Below, piece after piece: positions 52,714 through 61,636 of a stretch of 64,000 nt of DNA. Numbering within the stretch: position 1 is the stretch's first letter; every line of letters starts with the position of its first letter. The notes under the pieces were generated by a model. It was not told where the DNA came from and made no database searches. It saw nothing but the letters and a program-made list of their open reading frames with translations. A program made the translations under genes and the position numbers. The stretch covers positions 3,178,383 through 3,242,382 of the forward strand of contig OY970122.1 in assembly GCA_963705895.1 (NCBI GenBank), read 5' to 3'. The DNA comes from Candidatus Aminicenantes bacterium (GTDB lineage Bacteria > Acidobacteriota > Aminicenantia > Aminicenantales > JAFGAV01).

Positions 52714-53014
52714 GAAGATTTTCGCCCTGCGCCCGCCGAGTCAACGTCTCCCTTCGGCTCCGGAGAAAATTCGCGGCTTGAGCGTGTTCAGCCGCTTCGC
52801 AGCAGACGAAAAAGCATATCAGGCCCCGGCCCTTAAGGTGCATGTCCATCCTCGCCATGTCATCCTCCACAGACTGGGGTTCGGAATGCATTCTTATATG
52901 ATTCAACAACCCCCCTTCGGTGATATTTGAGAGGATTCAATGCGGCGGTTATGATTTTTCTCGCCAAAAGGGTATAATTTGACTTCATTTTTTGGTATAA
53001 AAAATCCTGGTGCC

Positions 53015-53818
53015 ATGAAGCGTTGGGTTTCTGCCCTGAGTTTTCTCCTGCTCGTAGGGGCGGCCTGCTCACGCGGCGGGGCGGGCAAGCAGGTCGTCGT
53101 CGCCGGATCGACCAGCATCCAACCGTTTGCCGACCGCTGGGCCAAGGTTTTTATGGGCAAGCACCCCGGCCTGGCAGTGAACGTTCAGGGCGGCGGGTCG
53201 AGCGCCGGCATCCAGGCAGCCAAATCCGGCGCGGCCGCGATCGGCATGTCCTCTCGCGAGCTCAAACCCGACGAAAAGGACCTGACCGAGATCGTCATTG
53301 CCCGGGACGGGCTGGCCATCATCGTCCATCCCGGCCTGCCTCTTCGCGGCCTCACCCTCCAGGAAGTGAAGAGCATTTTCGCCGGCGAGATCCGGAACTG
53401 GAAAGGTCTCACGGGTCAAGACAAAGAGATTGACGTCGTGACGCGCGAGGAAGGCTCCGGCACTCGAGGCGCGTTCCAGGAACTGGTCATGGGCAAGAAC
53501 ACCAGGATCACCCGTAGCGCCATCGTCGAAGATTCCAACGGCACGGTGAGGGAGATCGTGGCCAGTGACCCGTTCTCGATAGGCTACATCTCGCTCGGCC
53601 TGGTCAGCGACAGGGTCAAGGCCCTGGACCTGGACGGCATCAAGGCCAGTGAAGAAAATATCCTCACCAAGCAATACAGGCTCGTCCGGCCGTTCCTCTT
53701 CCTGACCAAGGGCCCGGCCTCTGGCCCGGTCAAGGACTTCATCGACTTCGTCCTGTCGCCCGAAGGCCAGGGACTGATCAAGAAAGAAGGACTGATCGCC
53801 GCCTCCGAGGGCCGCTGA
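53015..53818 (+). CDS. pstS: Phosphate ABC transporter substrate-binding lipoprotein
   Basis: Lipobox GAAC; AGSTSI, GGGSSAG, IGMSSR, REEGSGTRGAF. Confidence 0.94.
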   Translation: MKRWVSALSFLLLVGAACSRGGAGKQVVVAGSTSIQPFADRWAKVFMGKHPGLAVNVQGGGSSAGIQAAKSGAAAIGMSSRELKPDEKDLTEIVIARDGLAIIVHPGLPLRGLTLQEVKSIFAGEIRNWKGLTGQDKEIDVVTREEGSGTRGAFQELVMGKNTRITRSAIVEDSNGTVREIVASDPFSIGYISLGLVSDRVKALDLDGIKASEENILTKQYRLVRPFLFLTKGPASGPVKDFIDFVLSPEGQGLIKKEGLIAASEGR

Positions 53819-53834
53819 TGAGGGTGAGCCGCCC

Positions 53835-54710
53835 GTGACCAAGCTCGAACGCAACGACCGCTTGATTCGGCTGGCGCTTCTTGTCCTGGCCTTTTCGGCC
53901 GTGGCCATCCTTGTCGTCATCACCGTCTTCATCTTCGAAGAGGGCACGCCGATCATGTTCAAGCACGGCTTGGGCAAGTTCCTCCTCGGACAAGATTGGT
54001 ATCCCACCGAGAAGAGCTTCGGCCTTCTGCCCATGATCATCGGATCCCTGTTCGTGACGTTCGGGGCCCTCGTCATCGGCGTCCCGCTCGGCCTGGCCTG
54101 CGCGATATTCCTGACCGAGTTCTCCTCGCCGCGCCTGCGCCGGGTCCTGAAGCCCGTCATCGAGCTCCTGGCCGGCATTCCCTCCGTGGTCTACGGCTTC
54201 ATCGGGGTCGTCATCCTGGTGCCTTTCATCCGGACGACGCTGGGAGGGCCGGGGCTATCGGTGCTGGCGGCCTCGATCATCCTGGGCATCATGATCCTGC
54301 CTACGATCATCAGCATCTCCATCGATTCCCTGCAAGCCGTCCCGCGTTCCTACCGCGAAGGGTCGATCGCCCTGGGGACGACGCGCTGGCAGACGACCCG
54401 CATGGTCATGATCCCAGCCGCCCGCTCGGGTATCATCGCCAGCATCGTCCTGGGTATGGGCCGGGCCATCGGCGAGACCATGGCCGTCATCATGGTCGCG
54501 GGCAACGCGGTCAGCATCCCCGGTTCGCCGCTCGACCCGGTGCGCACCCTGACCTCTAACATTGCCCTGGAGATGGGCTATGCCAGCGGCGAGCACCGCC
54601 AGGCCCTATTCGCCACGGGCGTCATCCTGTTCATCATCATCATGATCCTCAACACCATCGCCACGGTCACGTCACGGCGGAGGCTGGGCAAGAGGAGGCC
54701 GGCGCCGTGA
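53835..54710 (+). CDS. pstC: Phosphate ABC permease PstC
   Basis: LAGIPSVVYG, EAA loop, GRAIGETMAV, ALFATG. Confidence 0.93.
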   Translation: MTKLERNDRLIRLALLVLAFSAVAILVVITVFIFEEGTPIMFKHGLGKFLLGQDWYPTEKSFGLLPMIIGSLFVTFGALVIGVPLGLACAIFLTEFSSPRLRRVLKPVIELLAGIPSVVYGFIGVVILVPFIRTTLGGPGLSVLAASIILGIMILPTIISISIDSLQAVPRSYREGSIALGTTRWQTTRMVMIPAARSGIIASIVLGMGRAIGETMAVIMVAGNAVSIPGSPLDPVRTLTSNIALEMGYASGEHRQALFATGVILFIIIMILNTIATVTSRRRLGKRRPAP

Positions 54711-55537
54711 ACCCCCGCCGCGAGCAGAAGATCGTCAGCGTGTTCCTGGGCTTCTTCGTCCTCATCACGCTCTTCATCCTGCTGTTCATCATCGTCTTCA
54801 TCCTGCGCAAGGGGCTGCCCGTCCTGGGCTGGAAGTTCCTTGCCTCCAACCCTGCGGACATGGGCCGGTCGGGAGGGATCTTCTCGACCATCATCGGGAC
54901 CCTCGTCCTGACCCTGGCGGCCATCATCATCGCCACGCCCCTGGGCGTGGGCACGGCCATCTACCTCACCGAGTACACCTGGGAGAACAGGGTAACGCGG
55001 ATCATCCGTTTCGGGGCAGAGTGCCTGGCCGGGATCCCGTCCATTATCTTCGGCTTGTTCGGGTTCATCCTGTTCGTGACCAAGCTGGGATTCGGCTGGT
55101 CGATCCTGAGCGGCAGCCTGACCCTGTCGTTCATGCTCCTGCCGACCATCATCCGGACGAGCGAGGAAGCCATCCGCAGCGTGCCAGGCTCCTTCCGCGA
55201 GGTCAGCTTCTCGCTCGGGAGCACCAAGTGGCAGATGGTCACCCGTGTCGTCCTGCCCTCGGCCGTGCCGGGGATCGTGACCGGGATCATCCTCAGCATC
55301 GGCCGGGCCATCGGCGAGACGGCGGCGGTGATCTTCACCGCGGGCAGCGCCCTTCGCCTCCCGACGTCGCTCTTCTCCTCGTCGCGGACCATGGCCGTCC
55401 ATTTCTACATCCTGGCCCGGGAGGGCATCTCCCTGGATAACGCTTACGGGACGGCGGCCGTGCTGATCATCGCCATTCTGCTCATCAACATCCTGACCTA
55501 CTATCTCATGAACAAATACATCCGGAAGTACTCGTGA
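54707..55537 (+). CDS. pstA: Phosphate ABC permease PstA
   Basis: AIYLTEY, LAGIPSIIFGLFG, GRAIGETAAV. Confidence 0.93.
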   Translation: MNPRREQKIVSVFLGFFVLITLFILLFIIVFILRKGLPVLGWKFLASNPADMGRSGGIFSTIIGTLVLTLAAIIIATPLGVGTAIYLTEYTWENRVTRIIRFGAECLAGIPSIIFGLFGFILFVTKLGFGWSILSGSLTLSFMLLPTIIRTSEEAIRSVPGSFREVSFSLGSTKWQMVTRVVLPSAVPGIVTGIILSIGRAIGETAAVIFTAGSALRLPTSLFSSSRTMAVHFYILAREGISLDNAYGTAAVLIIAILLINILTYYLMNKYIRKYS

Positions 55538-55559
55538 GCCGCGCATGGAGGGACCCCCA

Positions 55560-56318
55560 ATGACATCGGCGGCCATCAGGGCCAGGGACTTCTGCCATTA
55601 TATCGGGCCGGAGACGACCCTGAAGGGGATCACCCTGGACGTCTTTCCCCATGAGATCTTCAGCATCATCGGCCCGGCCAGCGCCGGCAAATCGACCTTC
55701 CTCCGCGCCCTGAACCGCCTGAACGACCTCATCCACGGCTCACGGGTAAGCGGCACTCTGGAGATCGAGGGTCAGGATATCTATCTCCCCGAGGTCAACG
55801 TTGTCGAGCTGAGGCGCAAACTGGGCATGGTCTTCGCCACACCCGTGCCTTTGCCCCGGTCGGTCTTCGAGAACATCGTATTCGGCTCCCGGCTGGCCGG
55901 CACGCGCAAGACCGTGGCCCTGGACGAGATCGTCCGGGATTGTCTGGAGAAGACCAGCCTCTGGGAGGAGGTCAAAGACCGCCTGGATTCGAGCGCCCTG
56001 AAGCTCTCGGGCGGCCAGCAGCAGCGGCTGTGCATCGCCCGGATCCTGGCCCTGCGGCCGGACTTCATCCTCCTCGACGAGCCGACTTCCGGCCTGGACC
56101 CGATCTCGACGATGAAGATCGAAGAGACTCTCCGCCAGCTCAAGAAGGACTACACCATCATCCTCGTGACCAACAACACCAAGCAAGCCGCCCGGGTCGC
56201 CGACCGCACGGCCTTCTTCCTCAACGGCGAGCTCGTCGAGGTGGGCCCCACGGACCGGCTGTTCACCGCGCCCGCGGACCAGCGCACGGATGATTACCTG
56301 CGGGGGAGGTTCGGGTAA
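55560..56318 (+). CDS. pstB: Phosphate ABC ATPase PstB, degenerate copy
   Basis: [23 protein letters not shown]-loop (VFATP) and H-loop (VTNN) are altered. Confidence 0.88.
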   Translation: MTSAAIRARDFCHYIGPETTLKGITLDVFPHEIFSIIGPASAGKSTFLRALNRLNDLIHGSRVSGTLEIEGQDIYLPEVNVVELRRKLGMVFATPVPLPRSVFENIVFGSRLAGTRKTVALDEIVRDCLEKTSLWEEVKDRLDSSALKLSGGQQQRLCIARILALRPDFILLDEPTSGLDPISTMKIEETLRQLKKDYTIILVTNNTKQAARVADRTAFFLNGELVEVGPTDRLFTAPADQRTDDYLRGRFG

Positions 56319-56323
56319 GGGCC

Positions 56324-57076
56324 ATGAACATCATCGAAGTCCGGGACCTCTGCCTTTTCTACGGCGAATTCCAGGCGCTCAAGAACATCACCCTGAACAT
56401 CGAGTCCTGCAAGATCACGGCGCTCATCGGGCCCTCGGGCTGCGGCAAGAGCACCTTCCTCCGTACGCTCAACCGGATGAACGACCTGATCGACGGCGTC
56501 CGGACCGTCGGCCAGGTCATGATCGACGGCCAGGACATCTATCGTTCCGCAACCGACCTCCTCGAGCTCCGCCAGCGCGTGGGCATGGTCTTCCAGCGGC
56601 CGAATCCCTTTCCTTTGAGCATCGCCGCTAACGTGATCTACGGATTGCGGGCTCACGGCCTCAAGGACCCGGCCGCGCTCGAGGAGAAGCTCCGGCGAAG
56701 CCTGGAGCGCGTCCACCTTTGGAACGAAATCAAGGACAAACTCCACACGAGCGCCCTGCTTCTCTCGGGCGAGCAGCAGCAGCGGCTGTGCATCGCCCGG
56801 CTGGTGGCCGTCGAGCCCGAGATCGTGCTCATGGATGAACCGTGCTCGGCCCTCGACCCGGTGGCCACGGCCCGCATCGAGGACCTGATGTACGAGCTCA
56901 AGAAGCGCTACACGATCGTCATCGTCACCCACAACATGCAGCAGGCGGCCCGGGTTTCCGACAGGACCGGCTATTTTTTGCTGGGTGAGCTGGTCGAGTT
57001 CGATGAGACCCGGAAGGTTTTCACCAATCCCCGGGATTCCCGGACGGAGGATTACGTCACGGGCCGTTTCGGCTAA
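56324..57076 (+). CDS. pstB: Phosphate ABC ATPase PstB, second copy
   Basis: [34 protein letters not shown]; signature is LSGEQ. Confidence 0.92.
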   Translation: MNIIEVRDLCLFYGEFQALKNITLNIESCKITALIGPSGCGKSTFLRTLNRMNDLIDGVRTVGQVMIDGQDIYRSATDLLELRQRVGMVFQRPNPFPLSIAANVIYGLRAHGLKDPAALEEKLRRSLERVHLWNEIKDKLHTSALLLSGEQQQRLCIARLVAVEPEIVLMDEPCSALDPVATARIEDLMYELKKRYTIVIVTHNMQQAARVSDRTGYFLLGELVEFDETRKVFTNPRDSRTEDYVTGRFG

Positions 57077-57108
57077 GGAAGCCCGGGCGTCTGGCAAGGA
57101 GAAGGACC

Positions 57109-57774
57109 ATGAAAAGACATTTTGACGAGGAATTGACCGACCTCCACAAGCTCATCTTGAGGATGTCCGGCCTGACCGAGGAGTCGATCGCGCGCTCTCT
57201 CGACGCCCTCCAAACGCTCGACAAGGACAAAGCCCAAGGGGTCATCAGCGAGGACATCAAGGTCAACGAGCTCGAGGTGTCGATCGACGACAAGTGCCTG
57301 CACCTCATCGCCCTCTACCAGCCGGCGGCCATGGACCTGCGCTTCATCGCCATGGCCATGAAAATGTGCACCGACCTGGAGCGGATCGCCGACCTGGCGG
57401 TGAACATCTGCCAGAGAGTCCTCGAGATCGCCGACACGCCCCAGCTCAAGCCGCTCATCGACATCCCCAAGCTGGCCGGCCTGGCCCAGATCATGCTTCG
57501 TGACGCCGTGGACGCCTTCGTCAATCGCGATGCCGACCTGGCCCGGAGGGTCATCCGGCGGGACGACGAGGCCGACCACATGAGGGACCTCGTCCAGTCC
57601 GAGCTCATCAATGATTATTTGAGCAAGGATCCCTCGACGGCGACGCGGGCCGTGGCCCTGGTCCTTGTCGCGCGCCACCTCGAGCGGATCTGTGACCACA
57701 CGACGAACATCGCCGAGGACGTCATCTACATGGTCAAGGCCGAGTTTGTTAAGCACCATCCTGAAGTGCTGTAA
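57109..57774 (+). CDS. phoU: Phosphate signalling protein PhoU
   Basis: QPAAMDLR, DLERIADLA, LERICDHTTNIAE. Confidence 0.95.
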   Translation: MKRHFDEELTDLHKLILRMSGLTEESIARSLDALQTLDKDKAQGVISEDIKVNELEVSIDDKCLHLIALYQPAAMDLRFIAMAMKMCTDLERIADLAVNICQRVLEIADTPQLKPLIDIPKLAGLAQIMLRDAVDAFVNRDADLARRVIRRDDEADHMRDLVQSELINDYLSKDPSTATRAVALVLVARHLERICDHTTNIAEDVIYMVKAEFVKHHPEVL

Positions 57775-57790
57775 AGCCCCCGTCGCCCGC

Positions 57791-57935
57791 CGTTTCCTTT
57801 GTCATTGCGAGCGACCGAAGGGAGCGCGGCAATCTGACCCAAAGGGTCGCCCCGAGCGGAGCGTGGGGGTCTCCTTGAATGATGTAAAAAGCGGTGAGAT
57901 CGCCACGCTTTGCTCGCGATGACAAGGAAAGGACG
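57791..57935. repeat. Composite REP-like hairpin between convergent phoU and pit (may also act as a terminator)
   Basis: TTTCCTTTGTCATTGCGAGC...GGCAATCT pairs with GAGATCGCCACGC...GCTCGCGATGACAAGGAAA. The internal unit 57845-57873 is a reverse-complement relative of 19657-19685. Confidence 0.75.
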
Positions 57936-58010
57936 CCTGACATTATGAACAGGCCTGCACCACAAGCGGACGCGGCAATCCGACCCGAAGGGTCGGCTTT
58001 GCCCGGACGA

Positions 58011-59018
58011 TCACGGTTTTTTAAGAAAGAGTCGGCAGATCTGATAGACGAGGCCCGCGCACAAGGCAGACATGGGTATGGTCAGGATCCAGGCCCAAAC
58101 GATTTGGATGGTCACCTGCCATTTGACCGCGGCCGCGTTCTTGACCATGCCCACTCCGGTCACGGCGCCGGTGATCACGTGAGTCGTCGAGACCGGCACG
58201 CCCAAGTGAGTGGCGGTGAAAATGCTGATGGCGCTGGCCGTCTCAGCGCAGAAGCCGTCGATAGGCTTGAGCTTGACGATCTTTTGGCCCATGGTCTTGA
58301 CAATCCGCCAGCCTCCCGAAAGCGTCCCGAGGGCGATGGCCGAATGGGCGGCCAGGACTACGTAAAGGGGGATGTAGAACTGCTTCAGGATCTTCGCCGA
58401 GAAAAGCAGGCTGGCCATGATGCCCATAGTCTTCTGGGCGTCGTTGCCTCCATGGCCCAGGCTGTAAAGGGCGGCCGAGACGAGTTGCATCCGCTTCGAC
58501 CAGAGGTTGATCTTGGTCAGGGGCTTCTTGTGCACCACCCAGGTCGTGATCACCATGAGGATATTGCCCAGGACCATGCCCAGGATGGGCGCCAGGGCGA
58601 TGAAGATGACGATCTTAACCCAGCCGCTGACAATGACCACGCCGAAGCCCGCTTTGGAGACGGCCGCGCCCAGTAATCCCCCCACGAGGGAGTGGGAGGA
58701 GCTCGAGGGCAGGCCCCAATACCAGGTCAGGATGTTCCAGCCGATGGCCCCGACAAGGGCTCCGAAGATCACGAAGGTGTCCACGATGTTGATGTCGATC
58801 AGCCCGCTGCCGATGGTCCTGGCCACCGCCGTGCCGAAGATCAGGAAGGCGACGAAGTTGAAGAAAGCGGCCCAGACGACCGCCTGCTTGGGGCTCAGGA
58901 CGCGGGTCGAGACGATGGTGGCCACGGAGTTGGCCGCGTCGTGAAGGCCGTTGGTGAAATCGAACGCCAGAGCCAGGAAAACGACGAAGAAGACGAAGGG
59001 GAGGAAGGCGCTGGCCAT
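58011..59018 (-). CDS. pit: PiT-family inorganic phosphate transporter
   Basis: NGLHDAAN, GLPSSSSH, HGGNDAQK, PVSTTH. Confidence 0.94.
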   Translation of the reverse strand: MASAFLPFVFFVVFLALAFDFTNGLHDAANSVATIVSTRVLSPKQAVVWAAFFNFVAFLIFGTAVARTIGSGLIDINIVDTFVIFGALVGAIGWNILTWYWGLPSSSSHSLVGGLLGAAVSKAGFGVVIVSGWVKIVIFIALAPILGMVLGNILMVITTWVVHKKPLTKINLWSKRMQLVSAALYSLGHGGNDAQKTMGIMASLLFSAKILKQFYIPLYVVLAAHSAIALGTLSGGWRIVKTMGQKIVKLKPIDGFCAETASAISIFTATHLGVPVSTTHVITGAVTGVGMVKNAAAVKWQVTIQIVWAWILTIPMSALCAGLVYQICRLFLKKP

Positions 59019-59020
59019 CC

Positions 59021-59647
59021 CTAGCCGCTCTTGACGACCATGCCCTCGATGGTGTTGCTCACCTTCTGATAGACGTCCATGATGTACTCGAGCGTGTCAA
59101 GGACGTCCTTCCATTTGATGACCTGGACCGGATCTCGTTCCTCGGCGAACAGCCGGCGAAGGGACTTCTCGTAGGCCAGGTCGCCCTTGTCCTCGAGGTC
59201 ATGGATGTTGCAGATGAGCTTCCAGATCGAGTCCGTGTATTTCTGATACTCGAACGTCTCCTTGATGAGGGTGTTGAGGCTTACCGTGGCCTCTTTGATC
59301 AACGGAGCGAACTGGGTGATGAAATCCCGCTTTTGACCCATGTCGTAGATGAAGATGTTGTGGATGGCGTTCTCGACGAGGTCGATGATGTCGTCAAGCT
59401 CATGGATCAGGCGGTAGATGTCCTCGCGGTCAAAGGGCGTGATGAAGCTCTGGTTGAGGAGGTTGATGATGCGGTGGGCGATGCTGTCGGCTTGATGCTC
59501 CACGTCCTTGGCCCGCTGGGAATAGGCCTCGAAATCGCGGAAGTTCGCGGCGAAGTCCTGGAAGATGTCGGTGATGCTCGTGAGGCAGACCGACATTTCC
59601 TTGAAGTGCTCATAGAAAGCCGGTTCTTTGGGTAGAAAAAACTTCAT
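59021..59647 (-). CDS. DUF47 PhoU-like PiT accessory protein
   Basis: EHQAD, FITPFDREDI, LEDKGD; directly upstream of pit. Confidence 0.9.
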   Translation of the reverse strand: MKFFLPKEPAFYEHFKEMSVCLTSITDIFQDFAANFRDFEAYSQRAKDVEHQADSIAHRIINLLNQSFITPFDREDIYRLIHELDDIIDLVENAIHNIFIYDMGQKRDFITQFAPLIKEATVSLNTLIKETFEYQKYTDSIWKLICNIHDLEDKGDLAYEKSLRRLFAEERDPVQVIKWKDVLDTLEYIMDVYQKVSNTIEGMVVKSG

Positions 59648-59779
59648 GTCTTACCTTGGGAACAAACAAAATATATCAAAAAACCTCCGTTTGCAAGCCG
59701 AAAAGAATGATGGAATCGAGCCAAGGCCTCCCGCCGCATCGCTTTGCTCCTCGCGGCTCCGCCTTGTGGCTTCGGCTGT

Positions 59780-60218
59780 GAGATTCAATCTCGCCCGGCC
59801 ATTTTTTTCGGCGGATCAAAACTCGCCTTCCTGCAGTCCGCCTTTTTTCCCCGAAAGCCGCTCAGATTCTTGCCTCCCCGCAGGGCGAGACGTGGATGGG
59901 ATTCGCCAAAGACGCCCTTATCTCTTCAGTATTTCTTATCCCCCGCAGTTCCCCTTTGAACAAGGGTGACCCAAGGATGGCGTTCTTGGAAAGGTGCGAA
60001 GGACGAACGGGTCCGGCGCCGCTTCGCAAAGGGATCGGGCGAAGGGTGAAGCGACCATGAGGAGATTTAGCCTGACCATGAGGTTTTTGAGGGCAGCCGG
60101 CTCGGAAGAAGCCGGCCGGCGAAGATGTCTGAGCGGCAGCCGGTCTCCGTCAAATCAAGGGCGGACGCGAGTTCTGAGCCGCCGAAAAAACCGAAGTGGG
60201 CAGGCGTGAAAAATCTCC
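59780..60218. repeat. Long imperfect inverted repeat flanking a ~260-bp core (MITE/REPIN-like or structured RNA)
   Basis: TTTTTTCGGCGGATCAAAACTCGC (59803-59826) versus the reverse complement of 60167-60190 matches 22/24. GTCCGCC and GCCGCTCAGA blocks are also mirrored. Confidence 0.62.
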
Positions 60219-60355
60219 GTGGGAGAGAGGCCTTTGCCCGATCCCCAGTTTCCTCGCGGGGACAAAGAGAATGCTTCGAGGCCCTTCAGCACGAGCCCAA
60301 GTCCCACGCCGAGAGCCGTTTTCGCCCATCTTCGCCGGCGTGTGTCCCCGAATCT

Positions 60356-61450
60356 TCAAAACAAGAACAGGATGACGAAGTAAATGACCATGATGACGAG
60401 ACCCATCGGCACTCCCAGCCGGGCCCATTCCTTCATCCGGATCTTCAACCGTCCGGCGGCTACGATGTTCGGAATGTTGCCGGGAATGAGCATCCCCCCG
60501 GCGATGGACAGGCCCATGATGATGGCGATGATCTGAGACAGGGCCATGGCCGGTCCGATCTCGACCGCTGTCAGGGTGGCGTTGTCGAGCACGGCCGAGA
60601 TCGAGTTGAACCAGTAGAGCGCCGGCGCCGGGACCTTGGTGATGTACCAGACGATGAGCGGCCGGAAGCCCTCGCCGAGAAGGACCAGGGCGGCCACGAA
60701 AATGTAAACCTTGACCGCCCGGAGGGCGACCGACAGCACCGTTTCCTTGTATTCGTGGACATGCCCCTCGGTCCTGAGGGTTATCTTGGAACCGACCCAC
60801 ACCCCGCCGAAGAGGGCGATGGCCGCTACGCCCGGGATCACGTACCATCCGAAATGCCTCAGGGGGAAGGAGAACCCGGCGTGGAAGGGGGCGCTGGAGA
60901 GCTTGGCCACGAGGATCGTGGACAGCGGCTCGCCCAGAGGGGTGAGGCACGCACCCAGGCCCATGGCGAAACAGGCCACGATGATGAGCTTGATCCGATC
61001 GTGCCGGTGCATAGGCAGGGAGGCGGCGATTTCGGCCAGCAGGCTGGCGGTCACGATGACGGAGATGACGCTCGAAAAAAGGCCCAGAACAAAGACGAGG
61101 GAGAAGACAAAAAGGAAGGGCCCGAGCCGATGAGCGATCTTGAGGATGACCCGAGTAAAGGCCACGTTGAAATAATGAACGAGCAGGCCCACGACAAGCA
61201 CCACCTGGAAAATGCCCAGGGGTAAACGGCCGATCATTACCGGCGAGCGCAACGCCAGGAAGATGAGGTCGTGATGCCACAGGCCCGATACCGTCACGGC
61301 CAGGAGGCCCATGATCAGGAAAAAGGGCTCAAGGTTCTCTTCGATCTTCTTGACTATGAAAGGCAGGACCAGGACGCACACCGCGACGAGCGACAGGCCC
61401 AGGACGATCCCCGGTACGGGATGGGAAGGGATGAGCGGCGCCATCGTCAT
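60356..61450 (-). CDS. DUF1646-family membrane protein (ion-transporter superfamily-like)
   Basis: EENLEPF, LTPLGEPLSTI, SAVLDNATL, GGMLIPGNIPN. Confidence 0.75.
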   Translation of the reverse strand: MTMAPLIPSHPVPGIVLGLSLVAVCVLVLPFIVKKIEENLEPFFLIMGLLAVTVSGLWHHDLIFLALRSPVMIGRLPLGIFQVVLVVGLLVHYFNVAFTRVILKIAHRLGPFLFVFSLVFVLGLFSSVISVIVTASLLAEIAASLPMHRHDRIKLIIVACFAMGLGACLTPLGEPLSTILVAKLSSAPFHAGFSFPLRHFGWYVIPGVAAIALFGGVWVGSKITLRTEGHVHEYKETVLSVALRAVKVYIFVAALVLLGEGFRPLIVWYITKVPAPALYWFNSISAVLDNATLTAVEIGPAMALSQIIAIIMGLSIAGGMLIPGNIPNIVAAGRLKIRMKEWARLGVPMGLVIMVIYFVILFLF

Positions 61451-61636
61451 TTCCTTTCTTATTTTTCCGTTTATATCATTCCGCCGGAAAACCGTCAATA
61501 AAGCCGCCGGAAGCCGTCATCGCGGGGCACTCGTCATCGGTTATGCGGTATTGATTACTTGACACTCAGAAAATGCGGGACACACGACTTTTTCCTTTTT
61601 CAAAAAAGGGCTGAAGGAATATTGTGTCTCCGATCT

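Noticed and set aside
52840-52872. Pho box upstream of pstS (TGTCCATCCTC / TGTCATCCTC)
   Set aside because: Spacing is about 15 bp rather than 11 bp and it lies far from the apparent -10 element.
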